53,867 nt of DNA from NCBI GenBank assembly GCA_900088475.1, contig FLMG01003614.1:1-53867 (forward strand). Reading direction: 5' to 3'. The position numbers and the translations under genes were made by a program. The notes below the pieces were generated by a model. The model was not told the DNA's origin. It did not search any database and worked only from the letters and a program-made list of their open reading frames with translations. Below are positions 36,368-46,070 of this stretch, piece after piece. This DNA is from Hyphochytrium catenoides. Taxonomy: Eukaryota; Protista; Hyphochytriomycota. The first letter of the stretch is position 1, and the number at the start of each line of letters is the position of its first letter.

Positions 36368-37789
36368 TCATACATGAGCATACTTTGGAGACTCCATAAT
36401 AACAGAATGCGAATGCAGACTTGCGGATGCAGTCTGAGGAGTGCCATACATAGTATCTTCCAATTCATTCGCTGCTAGCCTTGCTGGCCCTTCACGATTA
36501 ATGTCGTCGGTGTTATGTTCTTCGCGGAAAGTCTTATACCAAAAGCGTTGATATGGGTCCACCAGCTGGTGGAGAACTTCCCGATTGACAGCAGCGAGAA
36601 GGTTACCGGGCAGTGGCGGAGAATCAGATTGCAGTCCGTTGATCATGCGGCTTACTTTCTCTATGCACCCAGGATCCACTTCAATTTGCATTGTTGAAGA
36701 GTCGCTGAAGTAAAGACTTTGGATCTCCTTTGCGATGTCATTCCTCCTACGGCCATGTTCTGCTTGAAACTCCAGAGCCTCGGTGTAATACTGGCCCAGG
36801 CTGACAGCAAACTCCTCCACCAAGTAGATTGTAAACTCCTCCAAGACTTGGCGGTCCTCAAGGACCAGGGCTAGCTCTTCGAGCGTGGTCGCTCTAGGAA
36901 GAACCACACCGTTCTCTAGGCGTATTCTCGTCCAGTTCTCACTCAACCCGGAGCTAGTGAAGGAGGATGGCCTCGTAGAGCTATGGTAGGTTGCCCGGAT
37001 GGCGGAGATGGAGAGAGTGAAGCTGCAACTAAAGAGGAAACCGGCATAAATGATTGCAGCCCAAGAGTCCACGAGATCCGACTCGAAGTAGTTGTCGTTC
37101 AGAAAGATACTCACTTGCCAGAAGACCATGCCCACGAAAAGGAGTGAAGAACAACGCTTGTAGCGGTCACTCCATCTGAACGCATCCTCTAGACGATACA
37201 ATAGTATTGAGAGGACGAACAGCGTGATAGGGAAGACAATGGCGAAGATCGTATCGCCAACTTTCTCCGCCATGCCAACTTCAAAACAGGCCTCTTCCCC
37301 AGCTTCTCCCAGCAATGTCTCAGAGCCTAACTGGAAGACCCTTGCAACTGGCACCATCTCTAAGCAAACACCTACGAAGGCCACGATGACAACACCACAA
37401 GTCGTGGATCTCAACATTGGAATATATCGAAGAAAGGAGCTCGTTTGAACTTCTTTCTTGCTACTGTGGGCCAGAATAGCATTTTGCCGGTATCTTAGCA
37501 GCAGCTGGAACGCCTCGAAGATGATCAGGGTGATCAAAGGGAACGTGTCGGACTCCCAGACAACAACATCCACCCAGCAGGGAGCCGTCTCGAAGACCAG
37601 AGTGAAAACACCTCCAACGACCGCGAAGATTGTAGAGAGCTCCCGGAAGATGGCGAGCTTGATCGAGATTGCGTGAAGAGGGTAAATATCCCGCCTTCTC
37701 CAGAGGAGGATGGAGTTCACTGTGCATGTGATTATGGCTACGATGCACAGCACTAGACTGACAAGAGCCTCAGCTGAATCGAAACCCAT
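36368..37789 (-). CDS. Seven-transmembrane RGS-domain protein (7TM-RGS)
   Basis: Seven hydrophobic helices (about aa 8-265) followed by an RGS-fold pattern: LVLEDRQVLEEFTIYLVEEF...AKEIQSLYFSDSSTMQIEVD...REVLHQLVDPYQRF. Confidence 0.8.
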   Translation of the reverse strand: MGFDSAEALVSLVLCIVAIITCTVNSILLWRRRDIYPLHAISIKLAIFRELSTIFAVVGGVFTLVFETAPCWVDVVVWESDTFPLITLIIFEAFQLLLRYRQNAILAHSSKKEVQTSSFLRYIPMLRSTTCGVVIVAFVGVCLEMVPVARVFQLGSETLLGEAGEEACFEVGMAEKVGDTIFAIVFPITLFVLSILLYRLEDAFRWSDRYKRCSSLLFVGMVFWQVSIFLNDNYFESDLVDSWAAIIYAGFLFSCSFTLSISAIRATYHSSTRPSSFTSSGLSENWTRIRLENGVVLPRATTLEELALVLEDRQVLEEFTIYLVEEFAVSLGQYYTEALEFQAEHGRRRNDIAKEIQSLYFSDSSTMQIEVDPGCIEKVSRMINGLQSDSPPLPGNLLAAVNREVLHQLVDPYQRFWYKTFREEHNTDDINREGPARLAANELEDTMYGTPQTASASLHSHSVIMESPKYAHV

Positions 37790-39453
37790 GTTGGCTAGCC
37801 TTGGTCTTCACTTGCTTCACTGCCCCGCTCACGCGGTGTGCTAGCAGCGGTAGAGAACAGGAGCTCTATATGAATCACCAGACGGCTCTTGCCCTGTCCC
37901 AGAGTCAATTGCTACTTCCTCTTTGGCTGGCAATATCTCTTCTGCGGGACAGTCAACAATAGGAACCCTCCCTGCAAAGACGAGAGACTCTTGAGGGAGC
38001 TCTCAATCAGCAGAGAGTCTCCTTCACCAGTCCATCTTGGACCATCACACCCTTCCACACCTCCCTTCCCCTTCCTCTATGCCTCCATCACTCTGACCAA
38101 AGTCAAGATCTTACTTCTGCTACGAGTACTGGGAAGATGTTACTAGGAGAGAGCAAGGAGCGCAACGATGATGAGCCAGGGTCGTCCGTGGTGGATTCTT
38201 GGTGTCACAATTATTAGGGTGGGGTTGGCGCGTGGAAGGGGCGGACAGAGGAAGAAACTTATCCATCTCTCACGGCTCGATCTTGCATCAAACCCACTCA
38301 TCTCCCAGTAAGCCCCTCGACATTGACATCAGATAGCGCGCATCAAGAATACGAGGCTGTAAAACCATTATCATGCCGTATAACGTTGATAACGTCAGGA
38401 ATACATGCCTGTCCGAGAGGGGTGCCTAAGAATCCAGAGGGCTGTCCCCCCACTGGGTCACTGACAGGGTGGAAACAATCAAGTTAGCATACCTTTTGTC
38501 GGTAAGGCCCTACCACGTAACTACCGTCCTATAGGGTTGGGTCACATCTACCGCCCAAAGGTCTGTCAGAATCAGAGTGTGAGTAGAGGCATCGTGGGCC
38601 ATCATCAGCATGGAGATGAAGGGGAACAGAGCGTAACATCACATCGTCAGTGCCGCCAGCGCCAGTCGTTGACCTGCTTCTCAGAGCTCCTTTAGGTTCC
38701 TGATGAGATGAGGAGCTAAGGCAGGCAGCGGCTTTGGGTTCTGGGATCTTGTTTGTCTCCTTTCCCCTTTTTTTGGCTTTGGTTCTCTGGACTCATTGCG
38801 GCGTGTCTTCATCTTAGACTTCAAACGTGGCTGGTTAGGAAGAGGCATCATCTCGGGGTGGAACTCGCATTGATCATAACATTAACATCTATAGATTGAC
38901 TGCTGATGGCTTGCACGGTACGCAGCAGATGAGGCGAGGAAAGACTAATGAGCTGCTAGAACTATACCCTGCTACTACTTTCCTTCAAGACCCTGCTGGC
39001 CTTTTCCCCTCCTTATTTAATTACCTTACTTCTTACCTCCTTCATACCTGCACTTTTTTGAAAAATGCATTTCCTTCTGTTTATCGCTTCTCAGTCCCAA
39101 TCACTCCCTTCAATGAGTCGTCGTGGAGCGGTAGATGAACAGCTTGATCTGAACTAAATGTTTGCCTTTATTATGACCAAGCTTGACACCAGTAAGTGGA
39201 ATTGTGGCGCTGGTTGGTGTCTCTCTGCTCTACGACGACATACACATTATGCATTTCGAACGAAGGGGACTACCGGCCATGGTTTCCTTGACAGTAGTGA
39301 TTCTTCGTTGCAGAGACGTTCTTTCAAACTGCTGGTTAGCATACGGCGATGCGACGGCGCTAAAGTAAGCCTGAAAGATTATTAGCTGTTGATAGTGATC
39401 TGATCCACTTTTCTATATATAACAAGCTGCTAAGAAAGTTTACAGTTCGCCCA

Positions 39454-41526
39454 TTATGAGGAAGTCTCATCCTCCTCAAGCTGTATGGCAAAGACCTCGA
39501 ACATGTTGAGCATTTGAGCCTGCATCCAGTCATTGGGGTCTATGTCCACTGGTGGTAGCCTTGTCAGCAATTCCTCTGCCAGAGCTTTTATATTATCCAT
39601 CTGGATCAGTGATGAACCCTGAGGGCGTGTAAGATGGTGGTGATAACAAGAGCAACACGACAGTTTGCATCAGGTGTCGGCGATCCTTCATATCTCGTTA
39701 GGTGGTGCCCTACCGTCAATCCAAGGTACGGCCTTGGATGGGAGTCAAATAAGAAAAGCTCTTGCTGACTGCCATCGGTTGAGACAGTGAACTGAACTAG
39801 AAGCGTCTCGGGTGGTTTGGTAAGGACAATGCTACCCCTTCCGGCGCACTCAGCGATAGCGTCACTCATCGTGGATAATAAGCTGTCGGAAGAAAGAAGG
39901 CCCTAAGGACATCCTCAGTAAGCTTTCATTGAGAAATCTCAGTATGTGGGTCGTCACCTGACATGTGTATTTTGCGGAAAGGCGCCGTCCGGGCCGCGGA
40001 ACAAACACTTCTAAGAGCTGGAGAACTTCCTCCGGGGCGGCGTGTTCAACCGGTAGTTGATCTTTGCAAAGACGATAATTCTGCACCCCTTCGTCTAGAA
40101 TACGAAGGACTACGGCCTCATCGAACGCTTTCGGCGTAAGTTGCCCGAGGATCATTGCAGCTGTGAAGGCAATGAAGGTGCAAGCAGATCGACCGTCTTC
40201 GTAGTCGAATTGACTCTTGTCTACAATCACTGCGCGTACTATGTTAGGCCATATGATACATAGCTGCAATGGCTACCACGCTTACCTACCATGGCAACTG
40301 TCCCGCGTTGCTGATACCCCAGGGGCTGGCGGTGGCCTGAAGTCTTGGTTTCTTGACAGTTGAATGACTCTCACCGCTGACGGATCGACACTTGCCAGCG
40401 GGGAACAGTGGCGATTCAAATCTCTGCTATAATGAAGAGTGCCATTCTGCAGGCTCAAGGGTCATCACGTCAATGAAAAAGGTGCAGGGTACGAACATGG
40501 TAGACTAACCTCTGGTCTAAACGAGCAATAATTCACAGATTCCCCCTCCTTCCTCCCCACCAACAACAGTAGAATCTCCGGATGCATCATCAAGAAGCAG
40601 CAGCTGCTTATGTCAGGGCTACTTATCACAACCTTCTCTATGTCATCTAGAAGTGGACTGTCTGCCGCACCCGTTTGTTCCATAACCTTCCAGGTCACTC
40701 CTTGGGAGGTTAGAAGTTGGGCTTTGATATCGGGGTACTCTAAGAGCCACAGAGGCAAAGAGTCGCGTCCGACCTCCTGTCCGCCGGCGTCTAGGAGCTG
40801 TTCACAGACACGCTCAATCTGATGCTGTAGGGAAGAAGAGGCCATCGAAGGCTTGGGAATGTCGAGGAAGCCATCCTCAAGAAAGATGGTGGCGGTAGCG
40901 AGCGCAGCAGCAAGCTGGTGGGTAGAAGAAGATTGTATAAGCTCTAGGAGCTGTGGGTAAGAGAAGTCTATCATTGAACCTACAAGTTGCGGAGAGATCG
41001 TTATTGACAGTGAGAAAGCACCGCGTTTCTGCTGGTAAAGGACCTACCGTCTTGCAGAAGGAAGATCGCGTCATCCAAGCGGCCACCCGATGCTAGTAAA
41101 GCCCTCTCGATCTCTGTGCTGCCATAGTCAGGCCCTAAGATACCCTTGATGACCTGTATCTCTGACTCCCAGGTCTGTCGCAAGTCTGATTCAATAGCAG
41201 CACTCAGATTTTCCAGGTGCTTAAAGATTGCTTACCATGGCTACTGAAGCACTGTCGAACTATCTGTACCTATGTATGTGGATTTGTTGTTTGGTGGAGA
41301 AATAGAAAAGGTGGGAACTCGAAGACAGAGCCGAAACTAGCCAAGATCCTGTCTCCTTCTATGATGCCACGAAAGAGATTGATGCTGGAAGGTAAATGGC
41401 CAGAGATCATCCACTTCTCAGAACCCTCAGCATACTAAGTCGCAATAAATTAGAGCAGTACTACCAAGAAGGAGAGGCACCTTTCACACCGCTCGTACCA
41501 GGAAGGTGGGCGATGGCAGAAGCATA
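39454..41526 (-). CDS. CUE/UBA-like domain plus viral-tegument-like (VTD) cysteine deubiquitinase, multi-exon
   Basis: CUE/UBA-like EIQVIKGILGPDYGSTEIERALLASGGRLDDAIFLL. Catalytic-type SQFDYEDGRSACTFIA (Cys codon 40180-40182) and LFDSHPR (about 39735-39750). Stop at 39454. The 5' exons and start are uncertain. Confidence 0.65.
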
Positions 41527-41664
41527 CGCCCCTTATGAAGATTTGACGGCGTCTTTTCTCGGGCACCGGAAGAGAAAGATTACTAGGAATAAGAACTGGA
41601 GCGCTTGGTGCAAGCAATCAAAGAAGTGATCGAGGAACCGGGAGAGGAGGTGGAGCCCACAGCG

Positions 41665-41703
41665 ATCTTCAGAAGCTTCCCAATAATCTTCAGAAGCTTC
41701 CCA
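41665..41703. repeat. 21-bp-period tandem duplication ATCTTCAGAAGCTTCCCA in a divergent intergenic region
   Basis: Two identical 18-mers at 41665 and 41686. Confidence 0.85.
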
Positions 41704-42257
41704 TATCCATCTGCAGTTTCATGATCTGAATGATAACTAAATCTAAATCATGGTACGATTCTCTTCAGATAGATTGTGGGCGTTTTCTCCTTCAATCTTA
41801 TTCTCATGCGAGGAGCTAGCTTATGGTAGAGTAAATCAGGGTGTCGAGGCCAGCCACTTAAAAAAGAAGCTGACACTAGGCATTTAGTTTCGGTATTCCG
41901 GTGCTTTTATCATACTTTGGGGTATTTTCGGTTTTGAGGTGTTTTTGGTGAGACTCACTCTTCGGCCAATCGTTTGATGTCCGCGTGAGAAGCTAGCAGC
42001 TGATGAACCGCAGAGCTTCGTTATAGAGATAGGAAGTATTGAGCTTGCAGCTTCCATCCACAGCAGTCACTGCCCTGCTTTCTCTCCTTGATGCAGGCGC
42101 TACGCATCGTCAATAGAAGCGGAAGGTGTGTCATTCTTCGCTAGATAGTTCCAGCTGTGGCTCGCCGCAGAAATTACTTCGTAGTATTGCCATTGCTAAG
42201 GTCTACCTCTCTTTTATTAGCGATAGTCACATAGGTCCAGGGGAAATGGTCTTAACG

Positions 42258-44201
42258 ATGGCAGGTCGGACTCAGAAGCTCGCAAAGCAGATGTTGCAAT
42301 CGCCTACTGGTGAGAAGAAGGCCTGCGTCTTCTTTGGAAGCCCTACGGGATGTCGCAATGGCCAGACATGCCGTTTCCTACACAGCGCGCAGATAGTCGG
42401 CCCTGCTATTTCTACCCCTCAACTAGCAAAGCCACAGCCAAAAATTCCCGCCCCAGAGTCCGCTTCAGGACTCTTGGGAGACGCACCTCAACAGCAGGAG
42501 GTTACTGCGCCTGCAGCAGTATCGGAGTCACCTGTTGGCCCAAAACCAAAGAGAGCACGGACAAATGAGCGGGATGTCACTACCCTCAGAGATGACCGGG
42601 GGGTGATTGAGTGGGATGAGCTGATAAAGCGCACCAGAGCCCATCCCAAGTACGCGCTCGAGTACGCTTTCCCAGCATGTGATAGCCCAGCTGGAGAAGG
42701 CTGGATGGAGACAAAGCCCTGCGGAGACTGGTGCTTTGGGCTGCCTCACGTGCTGGCGATTGACTGCGAGATGTGCGTCGTGAAGAACATGAGTAAGTCG
42801 TCACCTTTTACCATGGACCACGATATGAAGCGATTGCTTGGCGTGATGATAGGGACAACATTGGATTTCAGCGTTGAGGAGCAGCTCTAGGTCTCCCACT
42901 GGTGTTCTCATGTTTTTTGAAGCGCTGAGTTGTACCCACTCTTCTTCTACTTCCCCCAGCTACTGAGAGACTAGCTTGTGGCCTCCGCACATGTTCTCAT
43001 GACTGACTTTCTTTTCTTTGCAGAGACTGGCGTTGAAGACAATCGAGCGTTGGTGCGGGTGACAGCAGTGGACGGAAACAACCCAGATAAGGTTCTTTTG
43101 AACGACCTTGTCCGACAGCCTGCCAATGAACATGAAAAGATTCTAGAAACAAAGGAGGAGATCCACGGCATCACTGCGGTGGACATTATGAACGCTTCCA
43201 TGACGTTCCGTCACGCACAAGCAGCATTCCTTCGGCTTGCTTGTGCTAACGCAGTCGTGGTCGGTCACTCCCTTCATGGAGATCTAAAATCTATGAAGAT
43301 TAAGCATACGAAGGTTGTAGACACGGCGTACCTCTACCGGTTAGTGATAGGAGATGGCAGCCCCGCTCTCAAGGACGTGGCGAAGGCCGTGCTTCAGCAG
43401 GAGATGCCTGAGCAGCACGACAGTTACCTAGATGCTAAGGTAACGTCACTCCAATCGAGTTCCCGCAGAGCTTCAGCTGACTTTGAGAACTTTAGGTTGC
43501 GATGCTAGCGGCTAACCACGAACTGAGGAATGGACCCTCCCAGCCTATTCATAGAGCCCATGCGGTGACAGATCTTTCAAAGCTCAGGCTCCATCGGATT
43601 CCTAAAAAGTACGTTGTGGCGGTGTGTGTCACAGTATCAGTTTACTTCTTATCCGCCCCAAGTTAGGCTTCTACTCTATCGTTTATGGGTCCCCGAGCTA
43701 TCCTTCTACTTCCCACGTGTAGATTTTCATCTGAGATGGCGTAAGGTTCTTTTATTAGATCGGAGTGATACATTCTCATGAGTGATAGCCATTCCATACT
43801 CTCTTGCCTCTCTTTTCGTTGATCTGAGCGGTATCGTGGTTCTTTAATACAGTACGACGCCAGAAGAGCTGCATCAGATCTTTGTGAGTCGAGCGCGAAT
43901 TGTTCCAGTCGCGGTAGAAAACATCCGCTGGAAGGACAACGTGAGAGGGGAGAAGCTTGGGTCCACTATTGTGGCTTTCCTCACGGTGGCCCATGCGGAG
44001 CTAGCTTTCTCAACAATCGAGGGGGTAGCTAACAAGGTAAGCTGTGCAGCCTTCGTATGCCTTGCGCGTGACCGAGCATTCACCATGTATGCTAATATTT
44101 CTTTCCGGCAGGACAACCATGGGCGGGATCAAAAGCAAGTGCTTTTAGCGGCTGACGGCAAAAGCAACCGCGGCTACTTCCATATGGTGAAGGTCTTATA
44201 G
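42258..44201 (+). CDS. CCCH zinc finger + DEDDh 3'-5' exoribonuclease (REX1/SDN-like), multi-exon
   Basis: C-x8-C-x5-C-x3-H (CVFFGSPTGCRNGQTCRFLH); ExoI AIDCEMC; ExoII VGHSLHGDL; VVDTA; ExoIII HDSYLDA; a possible RRM-like C-terminus. Confidence 0.85.
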
Positions 44202-44405
44202 GCTTTTGCCTATGTGGGCAACCTTGAGTGTGCTGGGAAACTGAAACGAAGAACTATTTAAGTGGAAAGGAAGCAAGGGGTCGTTAAATATCTATGTAAA
44301 CTAACTATGAGTTCACATCCTAGGAGTGAGTCACAGCGCAGAGGAGTGAAGAGGGAATATAGCTGTGGTGAGTCATCCTAGCAAAGCGTGAGGAAGAAGT
44401 CATGG

Positions 44406-45750
44406 CTATGACGCGTCAATAGATGAGTCAATCTTGCTAAGAAATCTCAAACATCTGCTTCTCCACTCCTCTCCGAAGAAATTGTAAAGTGCGCAGTGCG
44501 CCCCTCCAGCAGGCACCCAGAGCTCCACCTGTTGCTTGTCTGGCCCCAAAGCCCTGGATTGCGCAGCGATAAGTTTTGCTGCCAGCTCTTGGGAGTGCTC
44601 GTAGGGAACAATGATGTCCCCTTTGGCATGCATTATAAGAACAGGCATGCGCAACTGTGCGATGGCGTTCAGGGGCTCCTGGACCCACCGATGCCGGAGG
44701 CGCAGTCTGATCATTAAGAGAAGGATAGAAAGCTCTATAATGAGATCTAGGCAAAACCGAACGATAGGAGGACGCTCCGATTTGCCTGCAACATTGCCGA
44801 CGATAAAGTGAGCAAGACCTGCGCGCGTAGAGAATGGATTCTCAGCTATCACTCCATCAATTGAGCAAGAGCCACAGGAGCTATCTAAGGCCGCCGCCAG
44901 AATGGACCCACTCGCTCCCATACTAGTCCCCATCACGACAATCTTGAGATAACCTAGGGCTTTAGCAAACCTAACGGCCGACAATACATCGTCCGCTTCA
45001 TAGGTCGCCCACCCTATCCCTCGCTGCTTGCCGTCACTAATGCCATGCTCCTGTTAAGTGATGTCAGGACACAAAGGGGACGAAGCTCACACGCTTTCAT
45101 CTCTTACCTGCATGTCATAGAGGAGCATCGCAGCACCTGCTGTGTGGAACAAGGGCAGATGTCGCAGCCAAGCTCTCCTATCGCGGCCTCCTCCTGCAGG
45201 GATTAGTAGTAGGAGTTAAGTATTGTGTTCCCTTACTGACCAAGAGACACAGATGGCAACAAGCCTCACCGTGAAGGGCAACGACACAAAGGCGGTCCTT
45301 AAGTTCGCGGCTACTTTTTCCAGCGATGGGGCCACTCTCGGTGCACATTGTCTTCAGGATACTGAGATCCTCTTGCGCCTTTTGGGATGGGACTAGCCAT
45401 CCTCGAATATACTTGTTGCCCTGGAGAGGCTTTATCGCCGGAATGATGACATCCACATAGTCAATGTCAAGATCCAACTTTGGCGTCCGGAAGCCCCTGC
45501 GTTCGTCACTTTGCCCTTCTCTTGGCGGCAATTTCCAGAAGGTAGCAGCTGAGCCTGGTGGCATCTCAAACAGCTTGTCACTGTTCTTATGCGCCTCGAC
45601 ATACCAAGAAGGGAAGAGGAGAAGGCGGGAGATATACAAGCTCAAGACAAGCATAATGGCTGCTACTAGAGCTGCCACTGCGAGGAGGACAAGATCCAAC
45701 CTCTGCCACAGGGCAGAGACTCCGAAAGAAGCCAGCAACCACATCGCCAT
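44406..45750 (-). CDS. Membrane-anchored alpha/beta hydrolase (3 exons)
   Basis: N-terminal TM, oxyanion HGGG, nucleophile GTSMG, acid MHAKGDIIVP and histidine GGAH. Confidence 0.88.
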
Positions 45751-46070
45751 AGCAAGTTTTCTGACACGGCCCTTCAGCCCGTGACCCTTCTTGATGTCGG
45801 GGCCAACGCGGGCAGAGTCCTACTTGTATACCTAGCCAATGTGGCACAGTCTCTCTCTCGTTCTAACTCCCGTTGTCTCAGGTTGCGGTCCCCTCTACAG
45901 CTCGATCCTGGATGGAACTCATGTCGCCACTGCACGGTGGCGGGCACGGCCACGGCTACTGAGAGAGGTAGACACTGAGATCTGAGCTTTGTATTGAAAG
46001 AGACAGAGAAAGAGATCAAGGTTCTGATTCTGGCCCTTCAACAGCATTCCAAACCATAACGTCCGGTCTC

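Noticed and set aside
41220-41238. ATG followed by an apparent 16-nt intron in the DUB gene
   Set aside because: An internal exon (VQIVRQCFSSH|D) with a normal-length intron restores the frame without invoking an ultra-short intron.
41665-41703. Heat-shock element (GAAGCTTC twice)
   Set aside because: Only two nGAAn units per copy; the third unit has the wrong spacing (TTCAGAA).
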